A stretch of DNA of 64,000 bases from Nitrosopumilaceae archaeon (GTDB lineage Archaea; Thermoproteota; Nitrososphaeria; Nitrososphaerales; Nitrosopumilaceae): assembly GCA_965214835.1 (NCBI GenBank), contig CBDCCK010000002.1, positions 1,632,001 to 1,696,000 of the forward strand. Reading direction: 5' to 3'. Below, piece by piece: positions 9,235 to 18,772 of this stretch; positions within the stretch are counted from its first letter, which is position 1, and every line of letters starts with the position of its first letter. The position numbers were made by a program, and so were the translations under genes. The notes under the pieces are model-generated. The model had not been told where the DNA came from. It did no database searches and was given only the letters and a program-made list of their open reading frames with translations.

Positions 9235-10546
9235 CCTTTTCCCCCACCTTTGGGACGATCTTGTCGCTGGCCTTTACCAAAAACGGGGAGATAAACGCGG
9301 TGATTATGGAGATTATCCCTATCAGCGGGAAGAGAAATGCGCTAACTGCACCGATGTCCACGCCGGCCTTTACGATGACAATTGAGAACTCGCCCCTGGG
9401 CGCGCCCAGCGTAAATGCGGCACGCAGCGACTTGGAGCGCTTTTGCCTGAAGATGATGTTGCCCAACATGTTGCCGCCAAACTTCATGCCTGTGGCAACG
9501 GCAATCAGGCCGATTGCGACGTAGATATAGTTGCCAAGCTGGCCGATGTCCATCAGGGCGCCCACGGATACGAAGAATATCGCAACGAACATGTCCTTGA
9601 TCGGGCTGGAAAGCAGCTTGGATACCTCGGCGGACTTTGACTCGGCGACCAGGACGCCTGCAAGAAACGCGCCAATGGCAACGGAGAGCCCCACCACGTT
9701 TGCCAGTAGCGCGTATCCAAAGCACAGCCCCAGAACGCTGAGCAGGAGGATTTCGCGGTTTTCAGCAGCTGCCACCTTGTCGATCATGGGCGGGAGGATC
9801 CGGGTCCCGATCGTAAAGGTTCCGGCAATCAGGCCCGATGCAACGAGCACCACCACGATGATGCCCTCCACGGAAACGGAGCCGACTAGGGCAATCGACT
9901 GCAGCGACGAGATCAGGATGACTGCGATGACGTCCTCTACAATCAGGATTCCCAGCACCATGATTGACGACTCTTTACGGATCTTTCCCATATCCTCCAG
10001 GATTTTTACGATGATTGCAGTGCTAGATATGGAAAGGGCGGCCGCAATGAACAGGGAATCCATGAAGTTTAGCCCAAACATGCTTGCGGCATAAAAGACG
10101 ACTCCCAGGGTCGAGAACAGCCCGATGGTTCCAACGCCTACGGCCACCTTACCAATCGAGCGGATCTTTGCATACGGAAACTCGATTCCAATGACGAACA
10201 GCAGCAGGATTACGCCGATCTCTGCAAAAAGATTAAGCGCAGAGATGTCAGATAGAATCCCAATCCCCTCTATGCTAGAGGGCCCGCCCTCTGGCAGAAA
10301 CCAGGACCAGAGGGGTGAGAGGGGGCCGATCAGCATCCCGGCAAAGAGGTAGCCGATGATGAGAGGCTGCCTGATTTTGAAGAATGCAAGCGTGACGATT
10401 GAGCCAATAATCATGATGATTGCCAGATCCGTGACAAACGTGGTGTGGGGCAGCTCCGGCTTTAGCTGCTCGACTATGGTGCTTACGCTCTGATTCAGAG
10501 AGTTCTGAATCCCAAAGGAATCAATTTGCAGGGTTGTGTTTATCAC
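9227..10546 (-). CDS. CPA2-family cation:proton antiporter
   Basis: Multiple TM segments; AEIGVILLLFVIGIE, SISSTAI, ILIVEDV, PRGEFS. Confidence 0.93.
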   Translation of the reverse strand: MINTTLQIDSFGIQNSLNQSVSTIVEQLKPELPHTTFVTDLAIIMIIGSIVTLAFFKIRQPLIIGYLFAGMLIGPLSPLWSWFLPEGGPSSIEGIGILSDISALNLFAEIGVILLLFVIGIEFPYAKIRSIGKVAVGVGTIGLFSTLGVVFYAASMFGLNFMDSLFIAAALSISSTAIIVKILEDMGKIRKESSIMVLGILIVEDVIAVILISSLQSIALVGSVSVEGIIVVVLVASGLIAGTFTIGTRILPPMIDKVAAAENREILLLSVLGLCFGYALLANVVGLSVAIGAFLAGVLVAESKSAEVSKLLSSPIKDMFVAIFFVSVGALMDIGQLGNYIYVAIGLIAVATGMKFGGNMLGNIIFRQKRSKSLRAAFTLGAPRGEFSIVIVKAGVDIGAVSAFLFPLIGIISIITAFISPFLVKASDKIVPKVGEKDA

Positions 10547-10598
10547 CTAATTGACTAGAAGATTTTGTTTTAAATTATTTGCCATTCCGGGGGGGGGG

Positions 10599-10727
10599 GG
10601 GGCTGTCGCCTAATTCCACTTGTTTGACCCAATCTGCACGTTTTTCTGAATTTCCGCCATTTTGCACGCCTGATCATATGGCATCTCAACGGTTTTCGGG
10701 GATTCTAGCGAATTAGGCGACAACCCC
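10599..10727. mobile_element. MITE family C (~130 bp, GGG-terminal TIRs)
   Basis: GGGGCTGTCGCCTAATTC...GAATTAGGCGACAACCCC flanked by duplicated CCATTCCGG; G14 run at 10589-10602. Confidence 0.85.
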
Positions 10728-10781
10728 CATTCCGGGGGGTGCCGGATCAAAGCTCTTTATGCCCAAGTAATCCGATACAGG

Positions 10782-10847
10782 CTGCAGGGTGATGAGTGGG
10801 TCATCTGAAACTTGTGTGGAGATATGACCTGGGGTATCTGACTGCAG
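10782..10847 (+). ncRNA. Box C/D guide sRNA
   Basis: C box GTGATGA (10789), D' CTGA (10805), D CTGA (10838), terminal CTGCAG/CTGCAG stem, TTTAT box ~25 nt upstream. Confidence 0.75.
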
Positions 10848-10898
10848 GTAATTTGATAATAACCCGGTTATTAATAGTACGGTACCATACGGTAATAC

Positions 10899-11006
10899 AT
10901 GATTCAGTGTGAATACTGCACAAGAGGCTTCGTCGAGAGCTCAAACGGGCTTGTCGAGAAGACATTCCACGAGATCCTGCACGAGCCAGAGGTTGTAAAC
11001 CAATAA
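10899..11006 (+). CDS. 35-aa zinc-finger-like microprotein
   Basis: MIQCEYCTRGFVESSNGLVEKTFHEILHEPEVVNQ: CxxC..F..HxxxH; TTATTAA upstream; below the ORF-track cutoff. Confidence 0.7.
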   Translation: MIQCEYCTRGFVESSNGLVEKTFHEILHEPEVVNQ

Positions 11007-11066
11007 CCACTTTTATCTCTTATTTTTGACCACTATTTTTTAATCTAAACAAAGCGGTGTAAAAGT

Positions 11067-12524
11067 ATGGCTACAAAAAAGGCCGCAAGCGCCAAGCCGG
11101 CAAAAAAGGCCGCAAGCGCCAAGCCGGCAAAAAAGGCCGCAAGCGCCAGGCCGGCAAAAAGGGAGCCTACTCCTGCAGCGATGCTAAAAAAAGTGGCCTC
11201 AATATCTGACACGGCCAAGCAGCTATCAAAGGAAATCAAGGTAGTGGGCAAGATATTTGCAGACAACCAGAAGGTTCTCATATCAATGAAGACGATGATG
11301 GATGCTATTGCCGTATCACTAGAACAGATCCAAAAACAGTCAAAGCAGATCAGCATCCTAGAGGACGACAGCGGCAAGCTGTTTGCGGGACTAAACCAGG
11401 TGAGGGGGCAGGCAGACATCATTGCCAAGATAAACTCCCAGACGGCAAGGCTAGAGGACGAGGTTTCCAAGATTCAAAAGTCGGCCCCAAAGACGGCGGA
11501 GCTGGCACAGCAGGTCGGCGACAGCATGGACTCGATACGGAACAACTCGCAGATGATCATGAAGATTGCCCAGAGAATAGACGGCGTCAGGGATCAGCTG
11601 CGGGAGGTGTCCACAAAGACAGAGTCACTGGCAGGCATAGGCGACGAGATCGAGTCGTTAAAGAAAAGCATTGAATCCGGAATCGACGCCTCGGAGCTAA
11701 GGGCAGAGCTGGAAAAAATATCGCAAAAGGCAGACGCAACAGAGTTCCTCAAGGGGGAGCTGGTAGAGATCAACAAGACTATCAGGGGCATATCAGAAAG
11801 GGCAGAGGGCATCGACGGCATAGAGGATGTGATTGGCGGGCTAAGGCGGGAATTTTCGGCCATTGCAGAAAAGGCGGCGCCGATACCGTCAATATCTGCA
11901 GAGCTGGACGCAATCAAGGACAAGATAGAGAAGGTATCGCAAAACGCCGGAAAAATAGACGCAGTCGAGGGCCAGGTAGAGTCGCTGGCCAGGAGGGCAG
12001 ACGCCGCGGCACTAGTAGGCGAGGGCGTAAAGTCGGTCCAGGAGGGCATGGGTGAGCTCAGACAGAGCCTGGCAGACAAGACAAACACAATTGAGCAGAA
12101 AATTTCTGCCCTTGCAGGGGCAGTCAGGAGGACAGACGAGTCATCCTCAAGGGATGTAGTTGTGCTGCTAAGGCTGTCCGAGTTCCAGTCAAAGATCAGG
12201 ATGAATGCCGAGTCAAAGTACGGGGAGCTAAGGGACATCGAGGGCATGGCAGAGCAGACCCGCGACATTACCAGGCTGTTCGGGGAGACGTACAGGGATA
12301 CGGAGGGGGGCGTGGAGATGCCCTCAGATGTCCAGCAGTGGGCGATATCGAAGATATTTGACTGTGCAGACAGGTGGGAGATCAGATTCTCAGACGTGTT
12401 CAACATACTGTACGACAGGATAGGCAGGGAAAACCTCAAGGAGATGATCCGGATCCGCCAGATCAGGGACATTTACGGGATAAGGGCAGTAGACGAGATC
12501 AGGGGGGAGCTGGGAATCCCCTAG
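11067..12524 (+). CDS. Long coiled-coil (MCP-signal-like) protein with basic N-terminal repeats
   Basis: 485 aa, heptad-rich; (KKAASAKPA)x3. Confidence 0.85.
   Translation: MATKKAASAKPAKKAASAKPAKKAASARPAKREPTPAAMLKKVASISDTAKQLSKEIKVVGKIFADNQKVLISMKTMMDAIAVSLEQIQKQSKQISILEDDSGKLFAGLNQVRGQADIIAKINSQTARLEDEVSKIQKSAPKTAELAQQVGDSMDSIRNNSQMIMKIAQRIDGVRDQLREVSTKTESLAGIGDEIESLKKSIESGIDASELRAELEKISQKADATEFLKGELVEINKTIRGISERAEGIDGIEDVIGGLRREFSAIAEKAAPIPSISAELDAIKDKIEKVSQNAGKIDAVEGQVESLARRADAAALVGEGVKSVQEGMGELRQSLADKTNTIEQKISALAGAVRRTDESSSRDVVVLLRLSEFQSKIRMNAESKYGELRDIEGMAEQTRDITRLFGETYRDTEGGVEMPSDVQQWAISKIFDCADRWEIRFSDVFNILYDRIGRENLKEMIRIRQIRDIYGIRAVDEIRGELGIP
11075..11160 (+). repeat. 27-bp coding tandem repeat x3
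   Basis: AAAAAAGGCCGCAAGCGCCAAGCCGGC units. Confidence 0.9.
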
Positions 12525-14536
12525 ACTGCGTCGGTCTCGTCGTACTTTGCAAGCTGATCCTTCTTTCGCTTCAGAACCGCAAAGATGCCGATGATTGCCG
12601 CAATCCAGACCGCGCTGAAGATTATGTTAGAGACGCTGACATACATGTACGGGGTGGCATCCATGATGTTCTCCCGGATCTCGGATGCCTGGTTGTCGAT
12701 GTTTAGCATCGCAGTGTGATACGAGGAGCTGTCCATCGGGACGGCTGCAATCTGCTCGGCATAGTCTATCATCGAGCCCAGCTCGGCCTGTATTCTCCCA
12801 AAGTCGGTATCGGCGGTGGGGAACAGCCACACGGGGTTGCCCTCTGCCGGAAGGCTTGCCTTTGCGTCCCTGAGGTGCTCTATGATGATGCCGGTATCGG
12901 CAGAGCCCACGACTGCGGCCATGTTTCCGCGCGCCAGATCCAGCGGATACACGTCAGTCGAATAGCCCTGCATGGCCATGTATGCGCCAAAGCCGATGAT
13001 CGTAATGATGCCTACCATTGCAAGCTTGTATGAAACATTTGCCATCCTTTCTGCCCTGGTTGGGGGCAGGCTGCCGCTGGATTTATTTCTTTTAAACTTG
13101 GAGTGGGACAGGCTCAGGTACGCTATGTACATGAATCCGACCGTCTGAAGGCCTATAATCGGCGCAAAGAACGGATTGTTTGAGAAGATGGCAATCAGTA
13201 TGCCAAGCAGGCCGTATACCCCAAAGAAGACCTCAAGCAGCGTCGTCTTGGTAAAGGGCAGGTTGTACGCCTTACTCTTCCAGTCGTCGCCGTTTTTGAC
13301 GATGCCGTACTTTGGGGTCCGGAGGAACTCGTTTTTCTTGCCAAAGACCGCGTCAAAGACTGCGACCGTGTTGTTTACCGACATTCCTGCGTTGTAGACA
13401 AGCAGGGACGGGAGTACCTTTGACTTGGACTTCCAGGAGGAGTTGTACATCTTTTGCATGATGAGCAGGTATGCGACCGGACCCATGGCAAGGTATGCCG
13501 CGATAGTCAGCGCCGGCAAAAAGCTTATCAGATAAAGGTTGACGTCGGAGGCAAGCAGGACCGGCAGTGCCAGGAACTGGATCAGCATAAGCGGATAGAC
13601 GATGTGGCGCGTAAGCTGGATGAACGCCTGGAACTTTGCCTCAATGGCCACCTTGCGCTTGACGGCAATGTCGGCCAGGAGCTTGATGGCGCACTGGATG
13701 GAGCCCTTGGCCCACCGAAACTGCTGCCGTTTGGCGGCGTTCATTTGGACGGGAAGCTCCGCATCGACTACTATGTCAGGCAGGAAGAGGCACCTCCATC
13801 CCCTCATCTGTGCGCGGTAGCTCAGGTCGAGATCCTCGACTAGGGTTGCGGTGTGCCAGCCTCCGGCGTCCTCTATGCATTGGCGCCGCCATATGCCCGC
13901 GGTCCCGTTAAAGTTCATGAACAGGTGTGAGTTGCTTTTTGCCTTTTGCTCTATCAGGAAGTGAAAGTCCAAGCTCAGTGCCTGCGCCTGGGTGATGGCA
14001 GAATAGTTCTCGTTGACATGGCCCCACCGGCACTGGACCAGGCCGATTTTCTCCCTGGCAAAGTGGGGAATGGCGCGCTGCAGGAACCACCTTGGGGGAA
14101 TAAAGTCGGCATCAAAGATGGCCACAAAGTCAGTGTCGGTAGTCTTCATGGCATGCTTTAGCGCGCCTGCCTTGTATCCGGACCTCGTGCCGCGCCTGAT
14201 GTGCTCTATGGCATATCCCTGCTTTTGATAGTTACGTACGGTTCTTTGCATCAGCTCTACCGTATCATCGTCAGAGTCATCTAGCACCATGATTCTCATC
14301 CTGTCCATCGGATAGTCCATCGCGCAGACCGCGTCCACTAACCGCGCTGCTACGTACTTTTCGTTGTAGATTGGAAGCTGGATCGTAATCGATGGCTCGT
14401 CAAGCTGCGTGGTGGGATTCTTGCCGTTTTTTTTGGATGCCAAAAACGTAAGATAGTAAAGGTTGCAGGTATACAGCGCGATGAGTCCTGCACATGCCAA
14501 AAAGACGTCAAAAACCAAGCTAGTGAATGGATTCAT
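12521..14536 (-). CDS. GT2 cellulose-synthase-like glycosyltransferase
   Basis: QLPIYNE, DDSDD, KAGAL, FDADF, VEDLD, QQFRW motifs plus TM segments. Confidence 0.93.
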   Translation of the reverse strand: MNPFTSLVFDVFLACAGLIALYTCNLYYLTFLASKKNGKNPTTQLDEPSITIQLPIYNEKYVAARLVDAVCAMDYPMDRMRIMVLDDSDDDTVELMQRTVRNYQKQGYAIEHIRRGTRSGYKAGALKHAMKTTDTDFVAIFDADFIPPRWFLQRAIPHFAREKIGLVQCRWGHVNENYSAITQAQALSLDFHFLIEQKAKSNSHLFMNFNGTAGIWRRQCIEDAGGWHTATLVEDLDLSYRAQMRGWRCLFLPDIVVDAELPVQMNAAKRQQFRWAKGSIQCAIKLLADIAVKRKVAIEAKFQAFIQLTRHIVYPLMLIQFLALPVLLASDVNLYLISFLPALTIAAYLAMGPVAYLLIMQKMYNSSWKSKSKVLPSLLVYNAGMSVNNTVAVFDAVFGKKNEFLRTPKYGIVKNGDDWKSKAYNLPFTKTTLLEVFFGVYGLLGILIAIFSNNPFFAPIIGLQTVGFMYIAYLSLSHSKFKRNKSSGSLPPTRAERMANVSYKLAMVGIITIIGFGAYMAMQGYSTDVYPLDLARGNMAAVVGSADTGIIIEHLRDAKASLPAEGNPVWLFPTADTDFGRIQAELGSMIDYAEQIAAVPMDSSSYHTAMLNIDNQASEIRENIMDATPYMYVSVSNIIFSAVWIAAIIGIFAVLKRKKDQLAKYDETDAV

Positions 14537-14599
14537 GGTTATCCCTGCTAGTCAGATGGTTTCTGGCTATAAATAGTTGAAAGCATGCTGCCCGGCAAG

Positions 14600-14680
14600 A
14601 GCCCTGCCCTTGGCAGCTAGAAACGGTTTTGCACGTGACTGTGATTTTCATGCCCGGCTGGCAGGAGGACGTAGCCCCAG
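14600..14680 (-). mobile_element. Decayed MITE B
   Basis: GACTGTGATTTTCATGCCCGGCTGGCAGGAGGACGT aligns to the MITE B core. Confidence 0.55.
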
Positions 14681-14688
14681 CATGGCTG

Positions 14689-15642
14689 TCACTTTTGCTC
14701 GAAGATCTTGATTGCCTTTGGCGGACATACGCCCTCGCAGGCAAGGCAGAAGATGCAGTCGGGCTCTTTTGACATCAGCGGCTTTTTCTCAGAGGCGGGA
14801 TTTCCGGGAGAGTCAAACCACTCGTACACGCTGACAGGACATGCCTCAATGCACGCGCCGTCTGCCACGCAGATATCATAGTCTACTGAGACAAACTCCC
14901 CCCACACGCCCATGATTCCGTTGCTGGTCCCCTTTCTGCCCCAGGTCTTGATTGTGTGGCCGCCCTCTGCTGCAAATGGCGCAGATGGCTTCATCTTTGA
15001 CTTGTATTCAACGTCAATAGGCCCGGGCTTGGCGCCATCGGGAATCTCTACTACCTCGTCATCGGACTCTTCGACGACCTCCTCCTCCTTTGCGCCAAGC
15101 TGTGGCTTTGCGTTGGGCACAATCTTTGCAAGTGGGGTCATCTCGTCTAGTTTGTTTAGTGCAGCTATCTCGGGAATCTTTTCGTTTTTAATCATGGACT
15201 CGACCATCTTGTCTTGCAGTATGGTGTTGCGAAGCAGTGTGTCAATGATCATTTTTGCAAAGTGATCTGCCTTTTTTCGATAGTCCCTAACCCACTGTGG
15301 ATCGCCGAACTTTTCAATCGGGAAGATCTGGTATATGATGTCGACGACCTCTCCGGTTACGACCTCCACGGTAACGCTGAGGTCTACCTCCTCGTATCCC
15401 CGTGCATCCGGATCATCCATGTTTCTCTCAGTCCAGGTATAGGTTGCAAATACCCTGTCGGCATAGGCATCCATCTCAAAGGTTTTCTTCAGTCCGGTGA
15501 CAATGGATTTTATCTCGTCCGGATCAACTAGCTCAATCGGCAGCCTGTACAACCCTAGCTTGTAGCCGTGCAGCGGATATACCCCTCTCTTGGCAGTCGG
15601 GGACTCCATTGTGTATACCCGATCCTTGAGCAACAGCGACAT
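14689..15642 (-). CDS. Protein with C-terminal 4Fe-4S dicluster ferredoxin domain
   Basis: CVADGACIEACP and CIFCLACEGVCP. Confidence 0.9.
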   Translation of the reverse strand: MSLLLKDRVYTMESPTAKRGVYPLHGYKLGLYRLPIELVDPDEIKSIVTGLKKTFEMDAYADRVFATYTWTERNMDDPDARGYEEVDLSVTVEVVTGEVVDIIYQIFPIEKFGDPQWVRDYRKKADHFAKMIIDTLLRNTILQDKMVESMIKNEKIPEIAALNKLDEMTPLAKIVPNAKPQLGAKEEEVVEESDDEVVEIPDGAKPGPIDVEYKSKMKPSAPFAAEGGHTIKTWGRKGTSNGIMGVWGEFVSVDYDICVADGACIEACPVSVYEWFDSPGNPASEKKPLMSKEPDCIFCLACEGVCPPKAIKIFEQK

Positions 15643-15692
15643 TTGATTATGGTATTTTGGGATTATTTAAAAATCTTATCTACTCATGGAAT

Positions 15693-15785
15693 GTACGAGG
15701 TCACCTACCCCTACCAATCAGGCACGAGTTGGCATCTATGACTGTGATTTTCACGCCTGGCCAGCAGGGGGACGTGACCACATAC
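15693..15785 (-). mobile_element. MITE B, 93 bp
   Basis: GTACGAGGTCAC...GTGACCACATAC. Confidence 0.92.
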
Positions 15786-15928
15786 AAACCATCCATTTCT
15801 TTTATGAGTTTACTATGGGTCAAAACCTGCTAATTACGAATCGCTTCTCTGCGCACCTAGCCCGTATAACGTCTCACGGTTTTCAGGAGTCTGACGAATT
15901 GTGTGGCAGCCCCCGTGTCATGCGTGGG

Positions 15929-16062
15929 AGGCCGTTTCCTAGTTCCGCTTGCTTGACTCAATCTGTATGCCCTTCTAAATTTCCGCCATTTTGCACGCCT
16001 GATTCGTATGGCATCTCGAAGGTTTTCAGGAATTCTGGCGAATTAGGCAACGTCCAACCCCC
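15929..16062. mobile_element. MITE C (preceded by a partial C end at ~15872-15914)
   Basis: Core TTTCCGCCATTTTGCACGCCTGA..GGCATCTC..GAATTAGGC shared with the 10599 copy. Confidence 0.8.
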
Positions 16063-17157
16063 GTGCGCGGCGGCGGGCAGGCGCCTAGGTCGGCACCGCA
16101 GGCGTGACTGCATCCAGCATCTGCGTTCTCTGCTCCTCTGGAATTGCGTCCAGTGCCTTTGCAAGGATGGAGTTTAGCACCGTCTGATCCTTTGGAAATC
16201 CAACCGACAGCATTATGTCGTGCCCTACCGGGCCGGCGTCGTATATGGGGCCCACTTCTGCGTTCTCTGCTGCGTGGGCTGCTGCCACCACGTATACCTC
16301 TATGAACACGTCTATGCTGCCGTCACCTAGTGCGCCAAGCGCCGTCGCGTGATCCTCAAAGGACGTATAGGCTATGCCGTTTTCATCTAGCCATTCCTCT
16401 ATCTCGTAGTCCGCAATCGTTCCGACCTTGAGGGTCGCGATCTCTTCTGCGGCAACGGGCATCTCGTCGGATGTTATCATGTCCCATGACAATGTGGTGT
16501 GCGGCTCTGTAAAGTCCATGTATTCGGACCTCTTCTCGGTCATCCCGACCATGAACATCACGTCGGCCCTCCCGTCCCTGATGGCATCCAGCGCGTCAGT
16601 CCAGCTGTCCAGTTCCGCCGGGACAAAGTCTGCACCAGTCAGCGCTTCAAACTCTGCAATATACCCTTTCGTGATTCCCTGAACGCTTCCAGAACCGTCG
16701 ACAAACTCTATTGGGGCCCAGCCGGGATCATATGCGACGCTGATTGCAGTCGTGCTGGCAAGCAACCGGGCCTCTTCTTCTGTAAGATCCAGTGATGACG
16801 CCTCTTTCGCCATCATGTTGCCGGTGCGTGCCACTTCCACCGGACCGTCTTCTGCCATGCCTGCGGTTGCGTTGGCTTTTACTGTCCCGACTGCTTTGCT
16901 GGCGTTCATCGCATCTTTGGCGTCTTCTATCGCGTTCTCTTCCATGGCGTCTTCCATCGCATCTTTGGCATGGCTGAGATCCTGACGGGTGATGACGTCG
17001 ATGCCCCAGCCCCTGGCGATCAGTATGACCTTTGTGTCAGGCTTGACGCATGCTGGGGTGCGGTCATGGGACTTTAGCACGAGTTTGGTGAGGACCCCAT
17101 AAAATTCGAACCACCCAAATGCGTAGAATTTGTATGTGACAGGAGGGCATACGGGGC

Positions 17158-17445
17158 ATGAAAAAACAAAAGTTCACATTGGCCGAAAAAACAGACATAG
17201 TGATGGAGTCCATCAAGACCAGCATCAGCACTGCCGAGCTGTGCCGCAAGCACAACATCGCGCCCACCACGTTTGGCAGGTGGATGGACAGGTTCGTCGA
17301 GGGCGGCAAGGCATCCATCCTGGGCCGGAATGACAAGGCAGCGGCTGCCCTGCAAAAGGAGAACCAGAATCTCAAACGCATCATAGGCGAGTATGCAGTG
17401 GCCTGTGACGCTTTAAAAAAAACAATGGAGCTGAGCAAAGGATGA
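17158..17445 (+). CDS. IS3 OrfA (HTH)
   Basis: ELCRKHNI..W; TTTAAAAAAAAC slippery run at 17412-17423. Confidence 0.9.
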   Translation: MKKQKFTLAEKTDIVMESIKTSISTAELCRKHNIAPTTFGRWMDRFVEGGKASILGRNDKAAAALQKENQNLKRIIGEYAVACDALKKTMELSKG

Positions 17446-18278
17446 ATGCCGTACAGATCTGCCACCAGAAGATGAGCCTCAATACAGCCCTGGAATACTG
17501 CGGCGTCTCAAAGGGCACCTGGTATTACGCCAGGAAGGACGCCGACAGACGAGCCAGAAAAGCCGACCCCGGGACGGTCTCAATCATACGTACCATAGGC
17601 AAGAAAAGGCCGACGTACGGAACCCGGAGGATGGCAAACCAGATATTGCGCGAGACTGGCGTGCGCGTAAACCGCAAAAAGATACAGCGAATCTACCGCC
17701 AGATAGGCTGGATCGAGCCCAAAAAGACCAAAAACGACATAATACGGGCCTCGCGCAAGCTTACAAGGCCAGATGCCCCCAACCGGCTGTGGCAGGCAGA
17801 CATCACATACGTGGACTGCGGCGGGGACGGCTGGTGCTACTGTTTCAACGTACTTGATGCCTTTTCGCGCAGGTGGCTTGCATACTCCTTTGATACCACG
17901 GCGCAAAAGGAGAATGCGGTTCAGGCCGTACTCGATGCGGTATCGGCAGCAGATCCGGACTGCAGCATGCTGACCCTGCGGACAGACAACGGTTCTCAGT
18001 ATACGTCGCGCATGTTCAGGGAGTCCCTGAAACAGCTGGGAATAAGACACGAGCTCATAGCATACAGGACGCCAGAACAAAACGGCCACATAGAGTCGTT
18101 TCACGGAAGCATCAAGAGGGAATACCTGTGGCCCCATGAATTTGACTCCTTCCAGGACGCCTCAGACGTCATAAGGGAGGCATTTAGGGACTATAACCAT
18201 GACAGAATACACTCCTCACTTGGATATCTCACTCCGATGGAGTTCGTCGTACGGCACCAAAGGGAGGCAGGCAAATGA
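17442..18278 (+). CDS. IS3 OrfB DDE integrase
   Basis: WQADITY, TDNGSQY, QNGHIESFH, YNHDRIHSSLGY. Confidence 0.93.
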   Translation: MNAVQICHQKMSLNTALEYCGVSKGTWYYARKDADRRARKADPGTVSIIRTIGKKRPTYGTRRMANQILRETGVRVNRKKIQRIYRQIGWIEPKKTKNDIIRASRKLTRPDAPNRLWQADITYVDCGGDGWCYCFNVLDAFSRRWLAYSFDTTAQKENAVQAVLDAVSAADPDCSMLTLRTDNGSQYTSRMFRESLKQLGIRHELIAYRTPEQNGHIESFHGSIKREYLWPHEFDSFQDASDVIREAFRDYNHDRIHSSLGYLTPMEFVVRHQREAGK

Positions 18279-18548
18279 TGATGCCAGAGCTACGCAAAAA
18301 CGCCCAAAAAGTGGTTCGAAAATACGGGGTCCAGATCAAGTTCTAGTCCGTCATTGCACACTATGACGCCTCCGGTAGGCATGCTCTTCATCTGCTTTAG
18401 TGGGGGCTCTACGTTGGCACCTAGCACATAGACTGACGTTGCGGGAACTATCAAAGCCATAAAAACTGAGACTGTCAAACAAGCGCGGACGGATCTGTTC
18501 AATGCACTCTTGCTCTAGAACTGGCATATTTAAGCGCCTCTTTTCACC

Positions 18549-18567
18549 CAGTAGACGGAAATGTACC
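18549..18567 (+). repeat. Isolated ISH3-like left end
   Basis: CAGTAGACGGAAATGTACC matches the reverse complement of 47397-47415 (18/19). Confidence 0.7.
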
Positions 18568-18573
18568 CGTATG

Positions 18574-18760
18574 AGACGTTATATCAAATCTTATCTGTAG
18601 CGGATGCCATATATTCCATGTTGGGCCCAAGAGCCGAAGTAACCTTGCCACGTATGAGGGCGTGTATGAGACTGGCTCAGAGTAGGCGGACAACAAAATG
18701 CCACATCGAGGGCGAATGGGAGTTTTCCGTTCAGTTGGGCACACACACTTTGATCAACAA
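18574..18760 (+). ncRNA. Candidate IS110 bridge RNA in the left non-coding end
   Basis: ~200-nt conserved non-coding leader shared with 49371-49577; ATCAAA/TTTGAT closing stem, TTGGGCCCAA palindrome. Confidence 0.55.
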
Positions 18761-18772
18761 GGAGGTGATACA

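Larger units (their letters stand above)
17086..18338 (+). mobile_element. Intact IS3-family element, 1253 bp, 4-bp TSD AGTT
   Basis: TIRs TGGTGAGGACCCCATAAAATTCGAACCAC / TGATCTGGACCCCGTATTTTCGAACCAC; AGTT at 17082 and 18339. Confidence 0.93.
16085..18502 (-). pseudogene. Amino-acid-type ABC substrate-binding protein with PPLKQ module, split by IS3
   Basis: N-terminus 18502-18339 (signal, PPLKQ..VCNDGLEL) rejoins VLKSHDRTPACV in frame after removing the IS and one AGTT; DPGWAPIEF SBP_bac_3 motif. Confidence 0.85.

Noticed and set aside
10589-10602. Poly-G phase-variation tract
   Set aside because: Arises from the TSD plus the G-rich MITE C end; homopolymer length is unreliable.
10780-11010. 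SRP, RNase P or 5S RNA
   Set aside because: No diagnostic motifs; explained by a C/D sRNA plus a small CDS.
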